Origin: Octopus sinensis
Lineage: Eukaryota
Direction of reading: 5' to 3'
DNA length: 64,000 nucleotides
Assembly (NCBI RefSeq): GCF_006345805.1
Contig: NC_042997.1
Location: forward strand, 82,150,001 to 82,214,000
Both the position numbers and the translations under genes were made by a program. This document shows, piece by piece, positions 1 through 9,938 of this stretch. Each line of letters begins with the position of its first letter. Position 1 is the stretch's first letter. The notes beneath the pieces are model-generated. The model did no database searches, was not told where the DNA came from, and saw only the letters and a program-made list of their open reading frames with translations.

Positions 1-810
1 TGGTTACCTCTATGGAAATATATACGCGCACATTATACATACATGTGTGTATAGATGAATATATAAATACATTTAAATATCTATATACACTTTTGGGCGA
101 TCTTTCTTTTTCTTAGAGATAACTTTAGATCTTATATTCGTCCTAAAAAACTTTGTATGGAGTGAAAGGTTACCTCTATGGAAATATATACACACACATT
201 ATACATACATCTGTGTATAGATGAATATATAAATACATTTAAATATCTATATACACTTTTGGGCGATCTTTCTTTTTCTTAGAGATAACATTAGATCTTA
301 TATTCGTCCTAAAAAACTTTGTATGGAGTGAAAGGTTACCTCTATGGAAATATATACACACACATTATAAATACATCTGTGTATAGATGAATATATAAAT
401 ACATTTAAATATCTATATACAGTTTTGGGCGATCTTTCTTTTTCTTAGAGATAACATTAGATCTTATTTTCGTCCTAAAAAACTTTGTATGGAGTGAATG
501 GTTACCTCTATGGAAATATATACACACACGTTATACATACATGTGTGCATAGATGAATATATAAATACATTTAAATATCTATATACACTTTTGGGTGATC
601 TTTCTGCTACTTGTATATACTTTAGATCTTATATTCGTCCTAAAAAACTTTGTATGGAGTGAAAGGTTACCGCTATGGAAATATATACACACACATTATA
701 CATACATCTGTGTATAGATGAATATATAAATACATTTAAATATCTATATACACTTTTGGGCGATCTTTCTGCTACTTGAATATAGGTCTTATATTCGTCG
801 TAAAAAACTT
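1..810. repeat. Tandem repeat, ~166-bp unit, ~4.9 copies (may continue upstream of the window)
   Basis: The motif ggttacctctatggaaata recurs at 2, 168, 334, 500 and 665 (spacings 166, 166, 166, 165; the last copy has one substitution). Confidence 0.95.
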
Positions 811-822
811 TCCTGTCACACA

Positions 823-912
823 CTCACGCACACACACACACACGCATCCTCACACACACACACGCGCACACACACATACACACACACTCACACACACGCA
901 CACACACACACG
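823..912. repeat. (CA)n microsatellite
   Basis: Direct reading of an imperfect CA run. Confidence 0.9.
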
Positions 913-1383
913 TTAGCTTACAATTTTATTTATATATTTGCGTGTCTATGTGTGTAAAGTGGAAGTGGGAATGTAGAGTGAAATAGTCACTCACTACAGA
1001 AAGTGAATTAGTTTCACTTTATTCGTTGCACACTGTGTGTGTGCGTGTGCGTGTGGTGTAAACCACATTAAGAAAAGCATTTGACATACACACCAGAATG
1101 TGAGTTTTCTGGAAAATTTTGCTTAATTGGAGTTTAAATTTTAAAAACTGGACCTGGCATGACCCGATGCATTCTACACTTAAAAATGCTAGGTAAATTG
1201 TAATTGAAGAAATCCTATATTGTAGATTTCTATAACTGACAAAGGGAGGCAGATAAAATCTGCCTTTTATAATAAGAGATATACATGCATATATGGGCAC
1301 AGGACACCACAGAACGTAAACAACATGAAATACGAAATATGAAAATATGGAATACGAATATATATCGTCAAACATATATATAT

Positions 1384-1569
1384 CGTTAGCTACCACACAC
1401 ATTGTTTTCTCTCCTTGATTCTCTCCTTGTTTTTTTTGTGTCCCTTTCTGTAGAAGAGCGTAGGCTCGAAACGTAAAAGACTTTTTCTATTCCTGAGCGT
1501 TATACTAATACATCTGTTTGTTTTGTACACCACCTGTCTTCGTCTTTTGTTTTTTTCGTAAACTCTCCC

Positions 1570-1590
<21 letters not shown>
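1384..1590 (+). mobile_element. Solo Penelope-like terminal repeat (pLTR), same family as the pLTRs at 44519 and 47493
   Basis: Aligns by eye to the reverse complement of 44519-44720 (cgttagctac ... gaagagcgtaggctcgaaacgt ... cctgagcg ... ccacctg.cttcgtcttttg) and ends in (TA)n. Confidence 0.85.
1444..1479 (+). ncRNA. Type I hammerhead ribozyme-like motif, variant core
   Basis: CUUU-CUGUAGA-A-GAGC(GUAG)GCUC-GAAAC-GU-A-AAAG: stem I CUUU/AAAG, 4-bp stem II, loopless palindromic stem III ACGU, GUA triplet. A6 is replaced by U. Confidence 0.6.
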
Positions 1591-1601
<11 letters not shown>

Positions 1602-1607
1602 ATATAT

Positions 1608-1642
<35 letters not shown>

Positions 1643-1644
<2 letters not shown>

Positions 1645-1890
1645 CACAATCAAGGAACGGCCATAATAGGCCATTCACCCACTAGAAATAACAGCCAAAA
1701 GCTTCAACCGCAAAATAACATCAATTCCGTAAACCAGGAGAAAATTAAAAAACATTTACCCTGTAATTTCTTATACGATGCACCGTTTCATCTACTGTTT
1801 AATGGTAAACTAACCTGATTAAATTAAATCAAGCCAATCTACCCAATCTAGTGGGTGAATGGCCTATTATGGCCGTTCCTTGATTGTGAT
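1643..1890. repeat. 44-bp perfect inverted repeat pair (1643-1686 / 1847-1890) around a 160-bp spacer
   Basis: atcacaatcaaggaacggccataataggccattcacccactaga and its exact reverse complement. Confidence 0.9.
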
Positions 1891-2171
1891 GTGAACTTAG
1901 AAATGGTCTATGACTATTTAATTTTTTCCCACTAGGCCGCTGGTGGCAAAAAAATTCTACAAAATTTTTTGCCACCCTATATTGATTAATATATATATAT
2001 ATATATAGTGACGCATATTTGCCATTTCAATATGGCTACCCCTAAGGGTGGATGCTACTGTAGTTTTTAGTCCCAGGAGTACACACTCCTCCAGCTGACC
2101 ATAGACACACTTTCTGTGCCCTGTCAGTATTTGCAAAGGGAAGTCATCCTTCCCGTCTTCAACTTATGATA

Positions 2172-2216
2172 CACACGGACTCGAGTTTCCAGGTATTGAC
2201 CTCTCGTCAGCGTGTG
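2172..2216 (-). ncRNA. Type I hammerhead ribozyme
   Basis: Minus strand CACACG-CUGACGA-G-AGGU(CAAU)ACCU-G-GAAA-CUCGAG-UC-CGUGUG: 6-bp stem I, canonical core, palindromic stem III ACUCGAGU, GUC triplet. The 10.1-11.1 pair is G:G instead of G:C. Confidence 0.8.
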
Positions 2217-2422
2217 ACAATCACAGTTGTCGGCGAATTTCTTTATTACGATTATAAAATCACTACATAGAAGGACAATACAGGACATACATACAAAAAA
2301 CAGTTAAGTGGTTCGATTAAAAATTTTCCATAACATTTGGATTATTCATTATACAAAATTTGTATTTAAATTGTCCTTTGCATGACCAATAGAACATTAC
2401 AACATTACATTAACTTGCGATC

Positions 2423-5400
2423 TTACCGATATTTTAAATCCCGGCAACCCATAAGGCCCCGCAGCTTTTCTTTCCTCTCCTCCATCCATAGTGAAGCTGG
2501 GTTTCTGACGCCCACCTTTTTTGCCACTTCCTTCCATCTTTTTTCATACACACCTCGTGGTAAGATCTTCTTTTCCAGCCCCATTTTGCTCTTCAGATGA
2601 TATCTGAAATAAGTGAGCAAGCCGGCCTGAGACAAAGGATCCTATTGCGACTCCTTCCATTCTTGTACGCCACATGCATTCTTTTACTACTGCAACCGTG
2701 CAGTGAAAACATGCCTCACCTTCCTTCGAGGGTCCAGTTGGCGGTATCATCTTAATCATAGACTCAGCCGACGACTTTACTCGTCCCAGATGCGATAACA
2801 CGTGTTCTGCGTAACTTATCAAGTCTGACAACTTCCGACAGTGTACAAAAGCGTGCTGGACGGTTTCATCGTCCAACCCGTATCTTGGACACGTCGGTGG
2901 CACTGAAATTCCGTGTCGCGATAACTTCTCGTGAACAGGTAAAGCATTCCTATAACACTGCCAGGCCAGGGATCTTTGGAAATTATCCAAATACCCCGTC
3001 CTGAAAGTCTTTTTAAACAGGTTGGTAAGCTGGTCTTCGTCAAACCCCAGAGCCCCTCCTAGGACGTCGTCGTTCTTTGCCTCTACCAGCCTGCTATAAA
3101 ATACCGAGGTGGTATTTCCCCAGCCGGCCTTGCCCGCCTTGTGGATCAGCGTGAGTGCCTGTCGGTACTCCTTTTGCCATAAAGTCAGATTCCGTCTTTT
3201 GATGCGACCGGGTTTAAAATTCACTAAGGAAGCCGGTCTCGGGAAAAATTCCCCTGCCAGCGGACTCCACACCTTATCACCCTCCAGGTGGTGCCAGAGA
3301 TGCTTCAGCCTCAACGCATGTCTGCGCATCATCAACCAAGGCATTCCTAACCCACCCTTTAACGGTTCCTGGCAGCAAATGGAGTGCCTCACAAGTGGCT
3401 TTCCTCCCTTCCACAAAAAGCGGGAAAGGATTCGCTCCAACTTGCTAAGCCATGAATCGGGGCAAGGGACAACGGTCAGGCGGTAAGTGATTACAGATGC
3501 AATGAACATCTGTACCACCTCCGCCCTTCCTTTCAAGGACAGAAACTTTCCGGACTAGGTCCGTACTATGGCCTCCACCTTGCTCGTCACCTCACTCCAA
3601 TTCCTCTCCGTTTGGGAGTCTGACCCAAACCAAACTCCTAGCAACTTAACAGGACCATCCGTCCAGTGTCCCACGACACTGGACGATATCGACTTGCTCC
3701 TCCAGGTGCTGAGGCGCAAGCCAACCGACTTGTCCTTGTTAACCCTTGCTCCTGCCACCGCCTCGTATCCTCTGATAGCCTCTTCTACACAAAGTAGCTG
3801 GGCCTCATTGGACACGATGAAGGTGACGTCATCCGCATAAGCAGTAACCGTCCTCCCACCTCCGATCTCATCCGGGTTACTTCCCAGCCTCTCCAACTTT
3901 CGCAGCAATGGCTCGAGAGCCAACACGTACAAAAGTGGTGACAAGGGGCACCCTTGACGAACTGAACATTCGATCGAAAACGGTTCCGTTAGGTAACCGT
4001 TTATCTGGACGGTGGACTTGATGCCGCTATACATAGCGGAGATCCACCCGCGAAATTCAGGGCCCAGTCCAGCCGCTTCGAGGACCGTCGCCAGGTACTT
4101 ATGGTCTACCCTATCGAACGCTTTACTTTGGTCTAAATGGACCATTACCCCGCCCTTGCCGGTTAATTTACCCACCCTATCTAAGGTGTAGCGTATAAGG
4201 TGAAGATTGTCCTGGATCGACCTGCCTGGAATTGCACATGTCTGTGCTTTCCTTACAAGTTTCTCCACGACAATCGTCAACCTTTTTGCCAACACCTTGG
4301 CCAAAATCTTTAACTCTACATTAAGTAGAGTTATGGGCCTGTAATTACTAATGTTATCCCCCTTGCTCGGGTCTTTCTGGATTAGCGTCACCACTCCCCG
4401 GCTTACAGAACTGGGAATTCTCCCATTCTGCTGCCAGTTCGTGTAGACGCCTGCCAATATTCCCCCGAACAAGTCCGGCATACTTTGGTAAAACTCGTAG
4501 GGCAGACCATCCAACCCCGGCGACTTCTCCCCGGCGCATCCGGCCAGTATCCCCTCTATCTCCGCGGGAGTGATCGCTTATTCACAGCACTCCAGCACTA
4601 GGAAGTCCTTTAAGGCCCTCCCCCGCTCCGGCGCCACACCACCCCGAACGCGCGGGCGAAATGCTGGTGAAGAAACTTTTGCATCTCCTCCTGTCCATAG
4701 ATCTTTTGTCCCTGTTCGTCAGTTAAAGACTTGATTGAAGCTTTGTTACCTCTCTGACTCTCCACTCGACGGGCCCATCCGGCAACGTTAATACCTTCTC
4801 GTTTCCCAGCGCGTAGCTTAGCTCTAACTCTGCAACCTTCGTGTTTGGAGTTAAGGTGACGGTACAATACCGTCCTTGCCGCCATCACTCCGGATGCAGA
4901 GCCAGCTTCCATTGCCTCGTTTAGATTCTTAACTAAATCGTCCTCTATCCTAGACCTATCTAATCTTAGCTGATTGCTAAATCTAATGGACTCTGAACGA
5001 ATGGCTCTTTTGAGGGAGTGCCACCATCTATTGTTAATGATGGTGCCACACAATGCCCTCTGTACTAACACCTTAATCCGGGTACGGAAGTCTTCACAAT
5101 TCAAAATAGACTTGTTCAGCTTCCAGTACCCGGGTCCCTGTCTATGGCACTTATCTAATTGCACCCTACAAGTCACAAATTTGTGATCCGTGTAAGGCAC
5201 AATGTGAAACTGTGGACAACTAAACGTATCCTTATCTCTTTTCCTAACGAATATCCTATCTATATACGATCTGCGTGAGCCGTCGTTGTTACTCCACGTC
5301 CACTGTGGAACGCTCAGCTCATCCAGTCGATAACGGTCCACTAGATCAAAGCTCTCTAGTAGACCCTTGAGGCTAGGGTTCCCCTTCCTATTGGTTGAGC

Positions 5401-5851
5401 CAACACTGTCAACCCGCGCTTCAAGGACAGTGTTAAAGTCCCCTACTAAGACTACCGTTTTCGACGTCGCTAAAAAGGGCTCCAGATTCCGAAAAAACCC
5501 CGCCTGCCTACACTCATTCGGAGCGTAGACAGCTGCTAACCTGAAGGACTGTTTACTTACGTGGGTCACATCCAGAACGACCAGCCTGCATTCTGGGTCC
5601 AGAAAGACAGTACTTACCTGCAAGTCCAAGCTCTTCCTGATAAGGACTGCCACGCCTCTTCCTCTTCCTCGGCTAGGAGAAATATATTTCTCGAAACCAT
5701 TTAGAAGAGGCGAGAACGCTTGGGCCCCGTTCATCTTGGACTCGGTTACAATAGCTACGTCCACTCCGTGTGTCGTGAGGTCGTTCAGGAAACAAATTTG
5801 TTTCCATTTCGACCCCATTCCACGCACATTTACACAACCCAGCTTTGCCAT
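2423..5851 (-). pseudogene. Tx1 ORF2 (APE endonuclease + reverse transcriptase), disrupted
   Basis: APE motifs NVRG, VTESK, LVGDFN, SYIDRIF, TDH (4610-5851). RT motifs YRPITLLN, DQSKAFD, QGCPLSP, YADD (3555-4514). Frameshift near 4600, in-frame TAG at 3555-3557, frameshift near 2640. Confidence 0.92.
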
Positions 5852-5878
5852 TGTCGGAGAGAGAAAAAATAAACAAAC

Positions 5879-7129
5879 TTACGGTTGGGACAGGGAGCAT
5901 GACAGTTTAAATCTGCCTGCTTCCCCTTCTTCCTCCCTTGTGGTCGTAGCTACAGGGCTCTTAACCGGCGTTGCCATCGGGCTCTGGGTAGGTGTGGTTG
6001 CCGGGGTTATAATAAGTTTACCCTCCAGTATTTCCTTCGTTACATCTCTTATAAGATTATTCTTTAAATGTTCTTGTAGTGTTTTTTCCTTCCACTCGTC
6101 TTCCTTTATTTTTGCGAAGCGAGTGGTTGATTTTGTGTCTGTAGACTTACTGAATAGTTTAAATTTTGAAAATTTGAAATACTTGTACACCCTATCGTTC
6201 TTCTCGTCAAATGCTATAATCTTATCATTTTTTTTAAACATTTTTTTCAAATCTTGTTTTATGGGGAGGGGCTTGGCGAACTGTGTTCCAATGAATACAG
6301 TGCCGTGGGGGTAGGGCTGGGGAATTTGTTTTGTATGTATGTCTGCGGTGTTTGCTGATTTTTTCTTTGTTTGGGGAGGGGAGTCCAGGGTGTTATCTTT
6401 TTTTCTTTTGTGTGTCACATGTGTATATTCCATTTGTTCATTAAAATCTTCTGTTTCGGTTCCTTTCCTTGTCGCAGTCTTGGGTTCTTTTTCCGCCTTT
6501 TCTTTTTCAGTGTTTGAAGCACTTTGAGGAGGGGCTTCGTTGATTTTCTTTTTTTTAAAACAGGTTGAGCGGACGTGACCCTTTTCGCCGCATTTGAAGC
6601 ACCTAGGTCTGCGCCCCTCCACTGACACTCTCATTGAAGTTCCCTCCTCATTAAATACCCTATCGGGTAAGTTTTCTAGTATCTTATTTTCTGCTTGAAC
6701 GAGGAGTTCTAGCGTTTGTCCTTTCCAGTGCACCTCCTCTTTCCTTCTCATCTGCAGAATTGAAACTTCTTGCTCTACGTTGTGCAGGAATGCCGCTGCT
6801 ACCCACATTATATCATACCCTCTCGGTATATCCTCTACATGTAGTTTGGCTGATCTTTTCCCCATATACGAAGGTAGCAACATGATATCCTCACTTTTCA
6901 AGGTCATTGATGACACCTCTCTTGCCACATCAGCCGAGTCGAAATGTGCTTCATTTCCTTCCGTTTTTAGCAAGTTCCGGTATTCGAATAACTGTTCAAT
7001 CTTAAATTCTACATCCGTTACGGTTCCGCCCACTGCGGCCGAAAAAGACTGTTTTTTGACTTCGGTATCCTTTTGTTCACCTTTTCCCATCACGGGAAAG
7101 TCACTCCTCGACGCCAAGTCGAAATCCAT
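5879..7129 (-). CDS. Tx1 ORF1 gag-like nucleic-acid-binding protein (416 aa), open
   Basis: CFKCGEKGHVRSTC zinc knuckle and Lys-rich C-terminus; ends 27 nt before the ORF2 start. Confidence 0.85.
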   Translation of the reverse strand: MDFDLASRSDFPVMGKGEQKDTEVKKQSFSAAVGGTVTDVEFKIEQLFEYRNLLKTEGNEAHFDSADVAREVSSMTLKSEDIMLLPSYMGKRSAKLHVEDIPRGYDIMWVAAAFLHNVEQEVSILQMRRKEEVHWKGQTLELLVQAENKILENLPDRVFNEEGTSMRVSVEGRRPRCFKCGEKGHVRSTCFKKKKINEAPPQSASNTEKEKAEKEPKTATRKGTETEDFNEQMEYTHVTHKRKKDNTLDSPPQTKKKSANTADIHTKQIPQPYPHGTVFIGTQFAKPLPIKQDLKKMFKKNDKIIAFDEKNDRVYKYFKFSKFKLFSKSTDTKSTTRFAKIKEDEWKEKTLQEHLKNNLIRDVTKEILEGKLIITPATTPTQSPMATPVKSPVATTTREEEGEAGRFKLSCSLSQP

Positions 7130-7616
7130 TTCTCAAAATTATGAGAACAAATGTTTCAAAAACATTACCTCGAAGATAATGACAGTGTTTAAACACAGAA
7201 TTTTCTGCCTCGTAGGGCAAAAATTACTGTTACACAACGGACAACTGTTCAATTCACGAGTAACACAAACAACGACGAACAAAAAATACGAACTCACTCA
7301 ACAAAAAGGCAGCAAAATTCTCAAAACGCAGATGAAAGAGGGGTCCCTACGCGAATAACAATCATAGTTGTCGGCGAGAATTAGATTTCCTTCACAAATA
7401 CTTATACTTTTTCCAGCGTCCACTGTCGCTGATATTGAAAAAGTGAAATCAAACAATCATAAATATCAAAGTGAGTTATATACAGTAGCGGTAACACATC
7501 GTGACGCATATTTGCCATTTCAATATGGCTACCCCTAAGGGTGGATGCTACTGTAGTTTTTAGCCCTAGGAGGACACACTCCTCCAGCTGGCCATAGACA
7601 CACTTTCTGTGCCCTG

Positions 7617-7660
<44 letters not shown>

Positions 7661-7704
7661 TACCAGAGATACCCGGCGTTTCTCGGGATTAAATGGCATA
7701 GGTT

Positions 7705-7900
7705 TTTATTGTTTTACTTGTTTCGGTCATGTGACTGCGTACATGCTGGAGCAACGCCTTTAGTTGAAGAAACTGACCCCAGGATTTATTCTATCAGACT
7801 GTTTTGCCACACGGCTAAGTTATGGGGACGTGAACACAGCAACATCGGTTGTCAAGTGATGGTAGGGGGTACACACACAGACACAGACATACACACACGC
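7705..7900 (-). mobile_element. tRNA-derived SINE, 3' fragment
   Basis: Matches the tail and body of the full copy at 17222-17738 (ttacttgtttc.gtcat.tgactgcg..catgctggagca). Confidence 0.8.
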
Positions 7901-8093
7901 ACACATACATATATATAACAACATTGTATACGACCTGAGATGTTTTCCTTGCCTTATATATATAACAAAGTGGATTTGTAAGGTACCACTCGAGTGAAAT
8001 TATATATGAAAGAAGGTTTGAAAATGCAATTTTAAGAGATGTTTATTTACTTGACCGTTTTTACTATATATGTATGTATATATATATATATAT

Positions 8094-8140
<47 letters not shown>

Positions 8141-8142
8141 CA

Positions 8143-8278
8143 GGATTGGTGTGTGATAAGTAGCTTGCTTCCCAACTGCGTGGCACCCTAGGCAAGTGTC
8201 TTCTACTTTAGCCTCGGGCTGACCAAAGCCTTGTGAGTGTGAGTGGATTATGTAGACGGAAACTGAAAGAAGCACGTC

Positions 8279-8280
<2 letters not shown>
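8143..8280 (+). mobile_element. tRNA-derived SINE, 5' fragment with internal deletion
   Basis: aagtagcttgctt ... ggcaagtgtcttcta ... gacggaaactgaaagaagc, shared with other copies in the window. Confidence 0.75.
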
Positions 8281-8340
<60 letters not shown>

Positions 8341-8343
<3 letters not shown>

Positions 8344-9030
8344 TATATGAAAGAATGGAGCTGAACGACTAGTTAACAAATATCCTTTATTTTCGACATA
8401 TGTTTCGAAGGCTGCATATTCCTAATTCCGAAGAAATAAGGAGTACATTATGCAGATTTCTCATCAGGAAAATCAAGGAACTTATGTCGACATCAAAATA
8501 CACAAAAAACCTTTTAGCTGAGCGCTCTCGAGGAGCCCATTGCGATAATGAGTGTCTCTTTATAAGGAGTGACGTCAGAGTGGCTGAATGTAGAAGACAC
8601 CCCAAAAGTCAAAAAGATTTTCTTATATTTCCAATTACTACTATCCATTCTTGCGTTGCCTCTCACCTCGCCCGATTCTTTCTCCCTTTCGCTATCTACT
8701 TTCCTTTCTCTACAGTAAACATAATCGAACACACAGACACAGACCTGTCACCTCACAGCTGTCAGTTTTCTGACATCTACCCATCCACAAACACAATCAC
8801 GCATTCAGACACACACATACACACATTAAGACAGTTATATACAGTCACACACACATGCACTCATTCATAAAAGAAATCATTTAAACCCACCATTCTTTTG
8901 ACCTGCACTCTCTCACCTTACTATTCTTATGCCTCCCTCCTCCTACTTCGTTTGAACCCTTGAACCTTTTGAACCTTCTACATTCTTCTACATTCAGCCA
9001 CTCTGACGTCACTCCTTATAAAGAGACACT
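8341..9030 (-). mobile_element. Penelope-type pLTR derivative with hammerhead and inverted terminal segment
   Basis: Hammerhead at 8384-8478, a 46-bp perfect inverted repeat (8551-8596 / 8985-9030), and an abutting (TA)n. Confidence 0.6.
8384..8478 (-). ncRNA. Canonical type I hammerhead ribozyme with extended stem II
   Basis: CCUUGAUUUUC-CUGAUGA-GAA(AU)CUGCAUA...UAUGCAG(CC)UUC-GAAA-CAUAUG-UC-GAAAAUAAAGG: stem I pairs 10 of 11 bp, exact core, G10.1-C11.1 intact, palindromic stem III ACAUAUGU, GUC triplet. Confidence 0.88.
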
Positions 9031-9127
9031 TATATTGGTGTACATGTAATATGTACACATATATATTCACATATATACATGTATACATATATACACCCAT
9101 ACACACACACCCACACTCATAAATATG

Positions 9128-9470
9128 TGCAGGTGTGGCTGTGTAGTAACAAACTTGGTTCCAAAACACATGGTCCTGGGTTCAGTCCCATTGTATGGTG
9201 ACTTGGCATATGTCTTCTGCTATAGCCTCAGACCAACGAAAGCCTTGTCAGTGGATTTTGCAGACAGAAACTGAAAGAAATCAATCGTATATATATGTAT
9301 GTATATATGTAAGTCTGTGTGTGTGTCTTTGTGTTTCTCCTTCATCGCTGCCTCACAACTGGTGTTCGTTTATTTACATCCCCATAACTTACTGGTTTCA
9401 CAAGAAGAAACTGATAGAATAAGTACCAGGCTTATCAAAATATAAAAGACACTAGGCAGTATCTCATATC

Positions 9471-9546
<76 letters not shown>

Positions 9547-9790
9547 TACATATATATATATATATATATGGATTTCGTAGACAGAAAATTAAAGAAATCA
9601 ATCGTATATATATGTATGTATATATTTAAGTGTATGTGTGTGATTTTGTTTCTGTGTTTCACCCTCATCACTGCTTCACAAATGCTGTTTGTTTATTTAC
9701 ATCCCCATAACTTACTGGTTTCACAAGAAGAAACTAATAGAATAAGTCCAGGCTTATCAATATAAAAGAAGCACTACGCTGTGTCTCATA
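9128..9790 (+). mobile_element. tRNA-derived SINE copy (9128-~9445) plus a second partial copy (~9575-9790)
   Basis: Head gtggctgtgtagta ... gggttcagtccca (A/B-box-like), body shared with 17222-17738. Confidence 0.75.
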
Positions 9791-9830
9791 TTTTTGTTTA
9801 CCCACTCAGTTGTATCTATCAATTTATCTT

Positions 9831-9864
<34 letters not shown>

Positions 9865-9881
9865 ATACACACACACACACT

Positions 9882-9915
<34 letters not shown>

Positions 9916-9938
9916 CACATGGATGTATATGTGTACAT

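Larger units (their letters stand above)
2237..7357 (-). mobile_element. Full-length Tx1-clade (L1-group) non-LTR retrotransposon, decayed ORF2
   Basis: ORF1 with CCHC knuckle plus ORF2 with APE, RT and C-terminal Cys/His domain. AATAAA at the 3' end. 20-bp TSD acaatca(c/t)agttgtcggcga at 2217-2236 and 7358-7377. Confidence 0.93.
2008..7619 (-). mobile_element. Retrozyme-like / pLTR-like repeat (352-nt monomer plus 119-nt partial repeat) split by the Tx1 insertion
   Basis: 119-nt direct repeats at 2008-2126 and 7501-7619 (~4 mismatches). Removing the LINE and one TSD (2237-7377) leaves a 352-nt period containing a hammerhead. (TA)n on both outer flanks. Confidence 0.75.

Noticed and set aside
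1-810. Possible hammerhead in the 166-bp unit (AUGGAG...CUCUAU hairpin, GAAA, palindromic AUAUAU)
   Set aside because: No CUGANGA-like core and no stem I complement upstream; AT palindromes are expected by chance here.
1942-1976. Terminator-like hairpin ggtggcaaaaaaatt/aattttttgccacc
   Set aside because: Eukaryotic context with no adjacent gene; most likely part of a repeat remnant.
9128-9200. tRNA gene calls for SINE heads (also 17670-17738 and 63090-63172)
   Set aside because: A/B-box-like motifs are present, but there is no cloverleaf and each is fused to a SINE body.
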